Source of the DNA: an uncultured Bacteroidaceae bacterium
Lineage (GTDB): Bacteria; Bacteroidota; Bacteroidia; Bacteroidales; GCA-2748055
Length of the DNA: 52,982 nucleotides
Direction of reading: 5' to 3'
Assembly: GCA_964432125.1 (NCBI GenBank)
Contig: CAYSMO010000002.1
Span: forward strand, 1-52,982
Below the pieces are notes generated by a model that saw only the letters and a list, made by a program, of their open reading frames with translations, did no database searches and was not told where the DNA came from. Within the stretch, counting starts at the first letter, position 1. The number at the start of each line of letters is the position of its first letter. Shown piece after piece: positions 17,880 through 27,504 of the stretch. A program made the position numbers and the translations under genes.

Positions 17880-19312
17880 GGCGTGGCGGATTGACCGGCA
17901 AGATGGCGGGGTTTACCCCTGAGCCTCCGGAGGCGGTATGGGAGGGCATTTCAGCGCAACTGCGAAGTGGCAATAGCAGGAGGAAACTTTTCATTGTGCT
18001 CGCTGCTGCTGCCGGTCTTGCCCTGGCGGTAACTGTTGGGGTCCTGTTTTTTCCGGTTGATCCACAACCGGATTTCGCTCTTAATTTGGCAGACGATCCG
18101 GCGGTGGAGCAGGACGGGGGACGGCCAGATAAGGGTTCCGTGCGACAAGATGAGCGATCAACCGAAATCGCCGTAAAGAAGAGCAAAGATGAAAACCAAA
18201 TCGCAGACAAAACTTCTGGACAGATCAGTTACGATGATGTATCGGTTAAAAACGAAATATCCAGGCGACATGCAAGAGATGAAAAGACAGCCCTTGCTTC
18301 AGGAAAACGACAATTGGGCAGAGAGGAACCAGATATAGATTTCCATAGAAATGAGGCTGGTACCAGCGTTCCTCTATCCGGGTCGCGCCTGGAGGAGAAG
18401 GTGAAGATTGCCCTGCAGGAGGCTCTGCAGCAAGAACATGTAATTGCCAGTTTGCCTGTTAATGAAGATAGCCTGTTAAAACTGCTTGTGCCTGCTCCTT
18501 TGTCTGCTGCTGAGAGCGATGGAGTGAAACGGAAAGAGAGGTGGCAGGTTGGGGCATCCATCTCCCCGCTTTATAATTATCGTGATGTAACTTCGCAGAA
18601 CCGCTACCAGAGGGAGTTGGCCAACGCTTCGGAGTCGGCCAGGCTGACCTATGCCGGGGGTGTGCAGGTCACCTATAAACAGTCGCGCAGACTGTCGGTG
18701 GAGTCAGGATTGTATTATACCAGGATGGGAGTTAACATTGGTGATTTCAGCAGTTATAAAAACGGTTGGTTTGGTGAGAGGGTTGATAATGTAACAGGGA
18801 ACATTGATGATGTCTCGGGTGTTTCTAATTCCATGGGGAAGATCGTTTCGGTCGATGAGGCCCGGTTTGTAAATAATCATGCAGTAACAGAGTCGGCTGC
18901 AGATTACAATATGCTGATTCCCGAGTTGATGTTGAATGATAACCAGTTGGCAGAGCGTTTTTCGCAATCCTTCGGGTACCTCGAGATTCCTTTGAGTATT
19001 AAATATATGGTCATTGACCGGTCGGTGAAGGTGAATTTGATCGGTGGATTCAGCACCAACCTGATGATCGATAACAGTGTTTCGGTGCACACCGGTGAGG
19101 GCAAGGTTGAGATCGGAGAGGTGCAGGATCTGCGTAGTATGAACTATTCCGGAAATGCCGGTATAGGATTTGTTTACGACCTTTTCGAAAGTTTCAGCCT
19201 CAGTGTGGAGCCAAAATTCAGGTATTATCTGCATTCAATCAACCATGGCATACTCCCATCCACACGGCCCTATACGTTCGGACTCTATACCGGGGTGAAT
19301 TACACATTTTGA
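17858..19312 (+). CDS. ECF-sigma partner: anti-sigma-like N-terminus + TM helix + C-terminal OMP-type beta-barrel domain
   Basis: It lies immediately downstream of the ECF sigma gene. It has a single hydrophobic helix (LFIVLAAAAGLALAVTVGVLFF) and a charged linker. The C-terminal ~250 aa have alternating beta-strand character and end in GLYTGVNYTF. Confidence 0.7.
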   Translation: MGKEENIRRGGLTGKMAGFTPEPPEAVWEGISAQLRSGNSRRKLFIVLAAAAGLALAVTVGVLFFPVDPQPDFALNLADDPAVEQDGGRPDKGSVRQDERSTEIAVKKSKDENQIADKTSGQISYDDVSVKNEISRRHARDEKTALASGKRQLGREEPDIDFHRNEAGTSVPLSGSRLEEKVKIALQEALQQEHVIASLPVNEDSLLKLLVPAPLSAAESDGVKRKERWQVGASISPLYNYRDVTSQNRYQRELANASESARLTYAGGVQVTYKQSRRLSVESGLYYTRMGVNIGDFSSYKNGWFGERVDNVTGNIDDVSGVSNSMGKIVSVDEARFVNNHAVTESAADYNMLIPELMLNDNQLAERFSQSFGYLEIPLSIKYMVIDRSVKVNLIGGFSTNLMIDNSVSVHTGEGKVEIGEVQDLRSMNYSGNAGIGFVYDLFESFSLSVEPKFRYYLHSINHGILPSTRPYTFGLYTGVNYTF

Positions 19313-19444
19313 CAATCAGCACAATATGACCCTCCGATGGCTTTGTGAAAGCCCATTTTGGAAATATTTGCCAGATTTGCTTAAACTTCATTGAATGCAG
19401 GTTGTTATTCCTTTGTATCATGAAAACGATACACTATTTTTGCA

Positions 19445-19452
19445 GTTGGAAA
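19445..19452 (+). promoter_or_regulatory. Candidate -7 promoter box (TATTTTTG)
   Basis: Exact TAnnTTTG match in the 252-bp gap, about 50 nt upstream of the hairpin at 19501. Confidence 0.25.
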
Positions 19453-19500
19453 TTTCGTTGCTTTTGTATCCGATGGACAAAACAATGGAGTAAGAGGTGT

Positions 19501-19536
19501 AAAATCCGCCCCACTGGGGGGGGTGTAGGATTTTTA
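19501..19536 (+). terminator. Terminator/attenuator-like hairpin containing a G8 tract
   Basis: AAAATCC...GGATTTT 7-bp outer stem, with an inner CCCC/GGGG pairing drawn from a run of eight G (19516-19523), followed by TTTTT. It sits 29 nt upstream of the ATG at 19565. Confidence 0.4.
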
Positions 19537-19564
19537 TCATTAATCAGATAGAGGGAGAAAGAAT

Positions 19565-20515
19565 ATGAGCTATAGCACAAGTAAAACCAAGAAGTGGGTC
19601 ATTCCACTTATCCTACTATTTTCACTAACAGCAATTGTTTTCTTTGGAAAAGCGGGGTTTGGAGGATCGCCGGATGAGGATCCGGTGGAACCTGAAGAGG
19701 AGGCGTTTTACGGTATATTTCCTTTTGAATTGCCCGACGAGCTGAGTTTTTCCGGGGAGCGCGTACCGTTGGAATACTTTGACGTCCATGAAGCCCTCGA
19801 CCGGGAGATGCTGTCCAATATCTTTTTTCATTCGCAAACCATTCGAATGATCAAGACGGCACACCGTTATTTTCCGGAGATTGAATCCATCCTGGCAGAG
19901 CACGAAATTCCGGACGATTTTAAATACCTGGTGATCGCCGAAAGCAACTTGTCAAATGCTGTTTCACCGGCCGGTGCAGTGGGTTTCTGGCAGATCAGGT
20001 CAGCTACCGGTATGGAATACGGTCTGGAGATCAACAGTGAGGTGGATGAGCGTTATCACCTGGAGAAATCTACGGTAGCCGCCTGTAAATACCTGCAGGA
20101 GTCTTATGATAAGTATGGAAGCTGGACCATGTCAGCCGCCTCCTATAATGCCGGGAGAAGAGGTATGGACCGGCAGATTGCTCGACAGAATGAAGAGAGT
20201 TATTACGACCTGCTACTTAATGAGGAGACGGCCCGGTATGTCTTCAGGGTCCTCGCGTTTAAATTGATACTGGAAGATCCGATGGCTTACGGATTCCATC
20301 TCTCCCTGAAAGATATGTACAAGCCAATCCCCTACAGAGAAGTGATGATTGACGGGCCTGTAAAGGATTTTGCGGTATTTGCCAAAGAGCACCAGACCAA
20401 TTACAAGATGTTAAAGTATTTCAATCCCTGGTTGCGCGATAGTTACCTGACCAACACCAGGGGAAAGACCTACACGATACGAATTCCCCTGGAAGATGCC
20501 AGGGAGGTAAGATAA
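19565..20515 (+). CDS. Lytic transglycosylase (SLT domain), membrane-anchored
   Basis: N-terminal TM helix and the catalytic-region motif VIAESNLSNAVSPAGAVGFWQI plus AASYNAG, typical of family-1 lytic transglycosylases. Confidence 0.8.
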   Translation: MSYSTSKTKKWVIPLILLFSLTAIVFFGKAGFGGSPDEDPVEPEEEAFYGIFPFELPDELSFSGERVPLEYFDVHEALDREMLSNIFFHSQTIRMIKTAHRYFPEIESILAEHEIPDDFKYLVIAESNLSNAVSPAGAVGFWQIRSATGMEYGLEINSEVDERYHLEKSTVAACKYLQESYDKYGSWTMSAASYNAGRRGMDRQIARQNEESYYDLLLNEETARYVFRVLAFKLILEDPMAYGFHLSLKDMYKPIPYREVMIDGPVKDFAVFAKEHQTNYKMLKYFNPWLRDSYLTNTRGKTYTIRIPLEDAREVR

Positions 20516-20568
20516 ATCATGCAAAAAAAACCAGTTTACAGAATAGATTCTACAGAACCAGCCATCTG

Positions 20569-23397
20569 ATGCCCGATCAAAAAAAGTATATTCAGGTGTA
20601 TGGTGCAAGAGTGCACAACCTGAAGAATATTGATGTTACTATTCCCAGAAACGGGCTCACCGTGGTAACCGGTTTGAGTGGCAGTGGAAAATCTTCTCTC
20701 GCTTTTGACACCATCTATGCTGAGGGCCAGCGACGTTATGTAGAGACCATGAGTGCATATGCGCGGCAATTCCTCGGAACCCTTGAGCGGCCGGATGTGG
20801 ACCGGATCACAGGATTAAGTCCGGTGATCTCCATTGAGCAGAAATCCACCAACAGGAATCCCAGATCAACTGTTGGAACGATTACGGAGATCTATGACTT
20901 TCTCAGACTGCTGTTTGCCAGGGCTTCTGATGCTTATTCCTATGTAACAGGGGAGAAGATGGTGAAGTATACCCAGGATCAGACCCTCAGTCTTATCCGT
21001 GAGCAGTTTTCCGGTAAAAAGATATACATCCTTGCTCCTGTGGTTAAAGGCAGGAAAGGTCATTACCGGGAGCTGTTCGAGCAGGTACGTAAAAAGGGAT
21101 ACCTGTATGTGCGTGTCGATGGGGAGGTTAAAGAGCTCGTTGCCGGAATGCGTATCGACAGGTACAAGGTACACGACATTGAGATTGTTATTGACCGTCT
21201 ACAGGTAAGGGAGGGTGATGATACCCGGTTGAAGGAATCTGTTTCGGTGGCGATGCGCGAGGGGAAGGGGATCATAATGATACTCGAAAAGGAGATGGAG
21301 ACTCCCCGTTTTTTCTCCAGTCAGCTAATGTGCCCCACAAGTGGTATCTCCTATAATGAACCTGCTCCCCACAGTTTCTCGTTCAATTCTCCTCACGGTG
21401 CCTGTGAGAGATGCAACGGTCTGGGGGTGATCAACGATGTTGACATTGACAGTATCATTCCCGACCGAAGCAAGAGCATCAGGCAGGGAGCGTTGCTTCC
21501 ATTGGGTAAATACAGAAACGCGCTGATCTTCTGGCAACTTGAGGCTATAGCCAGGAAGCATAAATTCACACTTGCTACGCCTATTGATAAAATTCCTGAG
21601 GAGGCACTGGATACGATCCTGTTTGGTTCGGAAGAACCATTGAAACTTGAGAATACACCGCTCGGTGCATCCTCGAATTATTTTCTGAGTTTTGACGGGA
21701 TTGTCAATTATGTGAATTACCAGAATGGAGAAAACTCCTCGTCAAAAAGCAAAAAGCAGGTGAAGCAATTTATTCGTAAAGTAACCTGTCCGGAGTGCCA
21801 GGGCCACAGGCTTAAGAAGGAGCGGCTCTATTTCAGGATCAACGACAGGAACATTGCGGAGCTGGCATCACTTGATATAGATGATCTCTATCAATGGTTT
21901 GAGGGCATTGAAAAACGGCTTTCAGCACGCCAGACTGAGATTGCCAGGGAGGTGCTGAAGGAGATCATGGTGCGGCTCCGTTTCCTGCAGGATGTTGGAC
22001 TTGGCTATCTTTCCCTGAACCGCACCTCGCGCAGCCTGTCTGGCGGTGAGAGTCAGCGGATACGCCTGGCAACCCAGATCGGATCAAGACTGGTCAATGT
22101 CCTGTATATCCTGGATGAACCTAGTATTGGTTTGCATCAGCGCGATAACATGAAACTGATCGGATCGCTGAAAAAGCTGCGTGACCAGGGTAATTCTGTG
22201 ATTGTTGTTGAGCATGACAAGGAGATGATGCTGGCAGCAGATCACATTATTGATCTGGGTCCGGGTGCAGGCAGACTTGGCGGAGCGCTGGTTGCTTGCG
22301 GGTCGCCCGAGCAGATAAAAAAGTCAGAATCCCTTACGGCATCCTACCTGAACACAACCAGGGAGATTGCTGTTCCCGAAAAACGAAGAAAGGGTAACGG
22401 CAAGAAAATTGTCCTTTGGGGAGCCTCCGGCAACAACCTGAAAAATGTAGATGTGGAGTTTCCACTTGGCATTTTTATCTGTATTACCGGAGTAAGCGGA
22501 AGCGGAAAATCGAGCCTGATCAATGATACCCTACATCCGGTTCTGAGTAATAAATTGTATCGTTCCTCTGTACAGCCCCTGGCATACGATTCAATTGATG
22601 GTCTTGAAGAGATTGACAAAGTGATTGAGGTTGACCAGTCGCCCCTGGGAAGAACCCCACGATCCAATCCGGCTACCTACACCAATGTATTTGGTGATAT
22701 ACGCAAACTGTTCGAGCAGACTCCCGATGCAAAGATCAGGGGCTTCAAGGCAGGGAGGTTCTCTTTCAATGTTGCCGGCGGACGTTGTGAAACCTGCGGT
22801 GGAGCAGGCGTTCAGACCATTGAGATGAATTTTCTGCCCGATGTGTATGTGCAATGCAAGAGTTGCCGGGGGAAACGATACAACAGGGAGACGCTGGAGG
22901 TGCAATTCAAGGGAAAGAATATCAATGATGTACTGAGGATGACGATCAACCAGGCAGTGGAGTTTTTTGACAGCATTCCCAATATAAAACGCAGGCTGAA
23001 GACCATGCAGGATGTAGGATTGGGGTATATCAGGCTTGGTCAGCCTTCAACCACACTTTCCGGGGGTGAATCTCAGCGTGTAAAGCTGGCTGCTGAGCTT
23101 TCCAAAAAAGATACAGGGAGGACGCTTTATATCCTCGATGAGCCAACTACGGGGCTGCATTTTGAAGATGTCAGGGTACTGTTGGAGGTAGTTAACCGGC
23201 TTGTGGAAAAGGGAAACACATTGATCATGATCGAGCATAACATGGATGTGATCAAGGTGGCCGACCATCTGATCGACCTGGGCATGGAGGGCGGAGTCGG
23301 TGGTGGAGAGATCATTGCAACAGGAACTCCGGAAGAGGTTGCCCAGGTGAAAAGGAGCTATACCGGACAGTGTTTGAAGGATGAATTGACCGGGTGA
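20569..23397 (+). CDS. uvrA: Excinuclease ABC subunit A
   Basis: 942 aa with two ABC modules (GLSGSGKSSLAFDT; GVSGSGKSSLINDT), LSGGE signatures and zinc-finger CxxC pairs. Confidence 0.95.
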   Translation: MPDQKKYIQVYGARVHNLKNIDVTIPRNGLTVVTGLSGSGKSSLAFDTIYAEGQRRYVETMSAYARQFLGTLERPDVDRITGLSPVISIEQKSTNRNPRSTVGTITEIYDFLRLLFARASDAYSYVTGEKMVKYTQDQTLSLIREQFSGKKIYILAPVVKGRKGHYRELFEQVRKKGYLYVRVDGEVKELVAGMRIDRYKVHDIEIVIDRLQVREGDDTRLKESVSVAMREGKGIIMILEKEMETPRFFSSQLMCPTSGISYNEPAPHSFSFNSPHGACERCNGLGVINDVDIDSIIPDRSKSIRQGALLPLGKYRNALIFWQLEAIARKHKFTLATPIDKIPEEALDTILFGSEEPLKLENTPLGASSNYFLSFDGIVNYVNYQNGENSSSKSKKQVKQFIRKVTCPECQGHRLKKERLYFRINDRNIAELASLDIDDLYQWFEGIEKRLSARQTEIAREVLKEIMVRLRFLQDVGLGYLSLNRTSRSLSGGESQRIRLATQIGSRLVNVLYILDEPSIGLHQRDNMKLIGSLKKLRDQGNSVIVVEHDKEMMLAADHIIDLGPGAGRLGGALVACGSPEQIKKSESLTASYLNTTREIAVPEKRRKGNGKKIVLWGASGNNLKNVDVEFPLGIFICITGVSGSGKSSLINDTLHPVLSNKLYRSSVQPLAYDSIDGLEEIDKVIEVDQSPLGRTPRSNPATYTNVFGDIRKLFEQTPDAKIRGFKAGRFSFNVAGGRCETCGGAGVQTIEMNFLPDVYVQCKSCRGKRYNRETLEVQFKGKNINDVLRMTINQAVEFFDSIPNIKRRLKTMQDVGLGYIRLGQPSTTLSGGESQRVKLAAELSKKDTGRTLYILDEPTTGLHFEDVRVLLEVVNRLVEKGNTLIMIEHNMDVIKVADHLIDLGMEGGVGGGEIIATGTPEEVAQVKRSYTGQCLKDELTG

Positions 23398-23423
23398 ACG
23401 CTATTCATGGATTTAGGGGGGTA

Positions 23424-23462
23424 ACTTAGTTTTGGCTTCACCGGAGCTCGCAAGCCCGGTTC
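23424..23462 (-). repeat. Core-module repeat, short copy E
   Basis: Its reverse complement, gaaccgggcttgcgagctccggtgaagccaaaactaagt, matches the core of copy F (gaaccggagcgcagcggagctcgacgaagtcaaaactaagt). Confidence 0.6.
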
Positions 23463-23544
23463 TTTATGGCATATTATAGAATTACTGCCTTCAGGTAGTT
23501 TTTTTTGCTATATTGCTGTTTAATTTATTTAATATATACGAACA

Positions 23545-24255
23545 ATGTCATCAAGTGAGGATAAAATTTTAAGGGCATTCAGTGAGAAAAACTGGAATGA
23601 GATCAAGGCGTCGGACAGCTGGCAGATATTCAAGATCATGGCAGAATTTGTAGAAGGATTTGAGAAGTTGGCTTCCATTGGTCCCTGTGTTTCTATTTTC
23701 GGTTCGGCCAGGACCCCACCGGATAGCGAATACTACCAGTTGGCGGTGGATATTGCCTTCAGGCTTACCCAGAGTGGCTATGGGGTTATTACCGGTGGGG
23801 GACCGGGGATCATGGAGGCAGCAAATAAAGGGGCGAAGCAGGGAAATGGGAAGAGCGTAGGGATCAATATTCAATTGCCGCATGAGCAATCATCGAACCC
23901 CTATATTGATCATGACAAGCTGATTACATTCAAGCATTTTTTTGTGCGAAAGGTGATGTTTCAGAAGTATGCACAGGGGTTTATTGTGTTGCCGGGAGGT
24001 TTTGGAACCTTTGATGAGTTTTTTGAATCGGCTACGCTGATACAGACCGGGAAAATTGGGAAGTTTCCAATTGTGCTTGTTGGTACAGATTACTGGAAGG
24101 GATTGATAGACTGGATAGAAGATAAGGTGATGGAGGAGCACAAAAATATCAGTGCTGATGACAAAAACCTCTTTCAGCTGGTTGATACGCCTGAAGAAGC
24201 TGTGAATGTAATCAATGAGTTCTACAGTAAGTATCTGCTCAGCCCAAATTTCTAA
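23545..24255 (+). CDS. LOG / TIGR00730-family protein (cytokinin riboside 5'-monophosphate phosphoribohydrolase-like)
   Basis: GGGPGIMEAANKGA and PGGFGTFDEFFE motifs. Confidence 0.85.
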   Translation: MSSSEDKILRAFSEKNWNEIKASDSWQIFKIMAEFVEGFEKLASIGPCVSIFGSARTPPDSEYYQLAVDIAFRLTQSGYGVITGGGPGIMEAANKGAKQGNGKSVGINIQLPHEQSSNPYIDHDKLITFKHFFVRKVMFQKYAQGFIVLPGGFGTFDEFFESATLIQTGKIGKFPIVLVGTDYWKGLIDWIEDKVMEEHKNISADDKNLFQLVDTPEEAVNVINEFYSKYLLSPNF

Positions 24256-24383
24256 AGTGGCTGTCCATAAAGTCCGAGAGCTGCATTGCTGCAAAAATCT
24301 TAAATCCTCGAATACGTTAGTATACTGCGTCTTAAGATTTTTGCGCGCTTTGCTCTCGAACTTTATGATCCAGCCACTCCGAC
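24256..24383 (-). repeat. Hairpin-module repeat, copy C (128 bp)
   Basis: It starts on the nucleotide after the LOG stop codon. It is an internally imperfect palindrome: agtggctg...cagccact termini, a perfect 12-bp inner stem caaaaatcttaa/ttaagatttttg, and a 28-nt loop. It is the reverse complement of 28717..28844 with 4 mismatches in 128 nt (my count). Confidence 0.9.
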
Positions 24384-24403
24384 GCTATTGACGCCTTCTT
24401 GCA

Positions 24404-24516
24404 AGCCACTGGTAGAAACAGTCAATTTTGACTTCTGAGCTCGTAAACTCGTTTCTTTCAAGGGCTAAATAAGGGCTATTTTTAGGTGGTGTTGGTAAAT
24501 TCAGATAGCAGTGGCT
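24404..24516 (-). repeat. Core-module repeat, copy X (bounded by agccact...agtggct)
   Basis: Its reverse complement contains ...gagtttacgagctcagaagtcaaaattgac...cagtggct. That parallels copy F in the core and in both termini. Confidence 0.6.
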
Positions 24517-24650
24517 GATTTTTTTGTAACTTGCAATGAAAACAGGATTTACTATGAAGCCGCTACGCCAGGTAGAAGCATGATAAAACGGATAAGGATT
24601 CACGGGCATGCAGGTTTCAACCGGACGTTTAATTTCAAAAAAACTCAGTG

Positions 24651-26069
24651 ATGAAAATAACGATTTTATTTTTGATGTGCTTTGTAACCTTCACTGTTTT
24701 CGGACAGCAGGAGGTAGTTGAATTTAGTCTGGATGCTCCCGAAGATGTCGTAGCAGGTAATGAGTTCGAGGTTACACTTACCTTCAGGAAGGGTGATCTT
24801 AAGGATTACTCCCGTTTTTCTCAGGATCTGCCCTCAGGCTTCACGGCCACCAATGTCCTTTCCCCGAATGCAGATTTTACTTTCGCAGATCAGCGTATCA
24901 GGATCATTTGGCTTAAGTTGCCGGACGAGAAAGAGATACAGGTAAAATATGCTGTGGATGTGCACGAGAGGCTATCGGGAGAACTGAAGCTAACCGGCAC
25001 ATTTGCCTATGTGTATGAGGGTGAAAGGGCATTTATGAATTTGCTGGAGCCTGTTGTGGTTAATATATTACCCAATCCGAATATTGATCCTGAGCTTGTG
25101 GTTGATATAAGTGAATTCCACACGATTGGGACCTCTGAAAATATTGTTGAGACGGAGATGGCAGAAGCTGCAGGTGAGGGTTCCGGGACCGGAGAAGATG
25201 TATTCTCTCAGGTAGTTAGGCAAAAACCGGTTGTCGGGACGAACGGAATCGTATATGTGAATGTATTGGTAAAGAATCCCGAAGGATCAAATTTCTTAAA
25301 ACTTGAGGAGTCGATACCGGACGGTTATTCATTTGAGTCGCTTGATGCCCAAGGTGCGGTAGTATCCCAGGCGGCTTCACTTGCAAGGTTTGTTTGGATG
25401 AGGCCTCCGTCGGCTTCCGTTTTATTTGTGAAGTACCGTTTGGTCCCTGTTCTTGAGCGAACCCAGGCGCCATTGGTTATTGAGGGCAATCTCACCTATA
25501 CAGAAGGGGGTGAGTCAGCTGTTGCCAGGGCACGGGAGATGGATGTTAACCTTGCTTTATTAAATCCCGCGCAGCAGGAAGAATTCCTGAAGACAGGTGC
25601 AGTACCTGAGGATTTGGCAGCTGCAGGAGAGGTTGTGGCGGATAAGAAGGAGACTGAAGTTGAAAAAACTGTAAAGGAACCTGTAAAAGAGCCTGTAAGA
25701 CATCCCGTTTCTGAAAGGCATAGTGATAAAGAAAAGGGTTTAGGTTCAGCCTCACCAGTGAAATCATCTGGTCCATCAGTGATTGATATACCTGTTCTTG
25801 AAGCTTTAAGTGGAGTTAGTTTTCGAGTACAGATTGCTGCTGTCAGGAAACCCTATTTTACAAATGTGGTTTTTGCCGGTCATGACCTGCTCCGGGATGT
25901 GAAGATTGAGAAAATTAATGGGTGGAACAAGTATACTGTCGGACCATTAACCAGCTATGAGGAGGCCAACAGGCTAAAAAGCAGGATCAATAGCGAAACT
26001 GTTGTTGAGTCAGCCTTTGTCGTTGGCTACCAGGACGGCAAGCGCGTTCCTCTTAGTACCATCAGGTAG
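24651..26069 (+). CDS. Secreted SPOR-domain protein with BatD-like N-terminal Ig-type region
   Basis: Signal peptide (MKITILFLMCFVTFTVFGQQ). The C-terminal SPOR-like fold is FRVQIAAVRKPYF...YTVGPLTSYEEANRLKSRI...SAFVVGYQDGKRV. ATG 24651 is preferred over the GTG at 24648. Confidence 0.75.
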   Translation: MKITILFLMCFVTFTVFGQQEVVEFSLDAPEDVVAGNEFEVTLTFRKGDLKDYSRFSQDLPSGFTATNVLSPNADFTFADQRIRIIWLKLPDEKEIQVKYAVDVHERLSGELKLTGTFAYVYEGERAFMNLLEPVVVNILPNPNIDPELVVDISEFHTIGTSENIVETEMAEAAGEGSGTGEDVFSQVVRQKPVVGTNGIVYVNVLVKNPEGSNFLKLEESIPDGYSFESLDAQGAVVSQAASLARFVWMRPPSASVLFVKYRLVPVLERTQAPLVIEGNLTYTEGGESAVARAREMDVNLALLNPAQQEEFLKTGAVPEDLAAAGEVVADKKETEVEKTVKEPVKEPVRHPVSERHSDKEKGLGSASPVKSSGPSVIDIPVLEALSGVSFRVQIAAVRKPYFTNVVFAGHDLLRDVKIEKINGWNKYTVGPLTSYEEANRLKSRINSETVVESAFVVGYQDGKRVPLSTIR

Positions 26070-26089
26070 TTTAGTAAGAGAATAATTCG

Positions 26090-27457
26090 ATGAAGTGGAC
26101 CGGCATTCTGCAATATAGAATAATTTTGCTTGCACTTTTTACCGGTGTGGGATTGGATGGTCTTACCCAGGAAATGGATGATTATGATGATATCTTACAA
26201 CGTGTTGATACGATAGAAAACCCGGTATATCTTCCGATGCTCTCCATTGGCTACGGTTCGTTGAATTTTTTCGGAGATGTCCGGAACAGCACCAGGCTTC
26301 CGGTAGTCGGTAATCCGGCCATCAAGGCAAACGTTACAACCTTTATTGACAACAACCAATACTATTCTGCTAACTTCTATTTTATTACTGGAACGCTGAC
26401 CGGTGAGCAACGATCTGTTTCTGATCTGGCGCAAAACCTTAACTTCTCATCGGTTATTTATTCAATCGGGTTTTCTGCACGTTACGAATTCGGCCATTTT
26501 TTTCCGGACGAAATGAAGCTGAGGCCCTACCTCGGCATTGGTGTGGAGCAACTCAACTTTAATACAAAGGGAGATCTTTCCGATGACCAGGGCAACAGGT
26601 ACCATTACTGGTCCGATGGATCAATCAGGAGTCTTTCTGATACTGAGCCTGGCGCAGCACTTCCGCTTTTCCGTGACTACAAGTATGAAACTGATCTCCG
26701 ATCGTGGGAACGCAATAATTATGGACTGGGTGAATACAGCTTGCGGTCGCTTGCCATTCCCCTTGAATTGGGTTTCTCGCTAAAGATCTCGGAAAGACTC
26801 TTTTTTAGTTTGGGAACAGCCTATCACCATACCTTTACTGATTATATCGATAATATAGCTTATTCAGGAACCCGGGTGCAGGGCAACGACGGGAACGATG
26901 GTTTTCTCTTTACCAGTGGAACGCTATTTTTTGATCTCTTTTCAGATCCCTCTACACGTAAAGTAGATTTGATGTATGCGGATTTGGAATTGGATCCGCT
27001 CTTTTTTGCCGACGAGGATGGCGATTTTGTGCTCGATGTTGCAGACCGTTGTCCCGGTACCCCTTATGGTGTTGTTGTTGATACAGTCGGTTGTCCGGTG
27101 GACACTGACAACGATGGGGTTCCCGATTATCTGGACAAGGAGCCTGATACTTCGGAGGGTGCCTGGGTGGACGAAGAGGGTGTTACGGTAACCGAAGAAG
27201 AGTTTCTGTCAAGCCTGCAGAGAGACGCGGCCCTTAAGAGGGAGGATCTTGAAGCATATATGGCGATGGTTGAATCGAAATTTCAAGAGAGAGCCGTTAA
27301 AGAGATACCGGAGAAATACAGTCAGATCGATACAGATGGTGATGGATATATCTCTTTCGATGAACTTCTCCGGGTTATTGACGATTATTTTGATTTTGAA
27401 ATAGATCTCACCCTGGATGAGCTGCGGGAGGTGAATGAGTTCTTCTTTTCGCAATAA
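26090..27457 (+). CDS. Envelope protein: N-terminal beta-barrel-like region + thrombospondin type-3 Ca-binding repeats + C-terminal EF-hand
   Basis: Signal-like N-terminus. TSP3 motifs are DEDGDFVLDVADRCPG and DTDNDGVPDYLDKEPD. The canonical 12-residue EF-hand loop is DTDGDGYISFDE. Confidence 0.7.
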   Translation: MKWTGILQYRIILLALFTGVGLDGLTQEMDDYDDILQRVDTIENPVYLPMLSIGYGSLNFFGDVRNSTRLPVVGNPAIKANVTTFIDNNQYYSANFYFITGTLTGEQRSVSDLAQNLNFSSVIYSIGFSARYEFGHFFPDEMKLRPYLGIGVEQLNFNTKGDLSDDQGNRYHYWSDGSIRSLSDTEPGAALPLFRDYKYETDLRSWERNNYGLGEYSLRSLAIPLELGFSLKISERLFFSLGTAYHHTFTDYIDNIAYSGTRVQGNDGNDGFLFTSGTLFFDLFSDPSTRKVDLMYADLELDPLFFADEDGDFVLDVADRCPGTPYGVVVDTVGCPVDTDNDGVPDYLDKEPDTSEGAWVDEEGVTVTEEEFLSSLQRDAALKREDLEAYMAMVESKFQERAVKEIPEKYSQIDTDGDGYISFDELLRVIDDYFDFEIDLTLDELREVNEFFFSQ

Positions 27458-27504
27458 ATTATTTCACAACGAGTGCAACGCGGATATTGGACCTAATGGA
27501 CAGG

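Noticed and set aside
17818-18210. 130-aa antisense ORF overlapping the start of the sigma partner gene
   Set aside because: It is a shadow ORF with Ser/Ala/Pro/Arg-rich composition and no support.
18704-19234. 176-aa antisense ORF
   Set aside because: It lies opposite the barrel domain of 17858..19312 and has no motif.
24385-24609. 74-aa minus-strand ORF
   Set aside because: It lies within repeat-module X and promoter-proximal sequence upstream of the SPOR gene. It has no motif and an odd composition.
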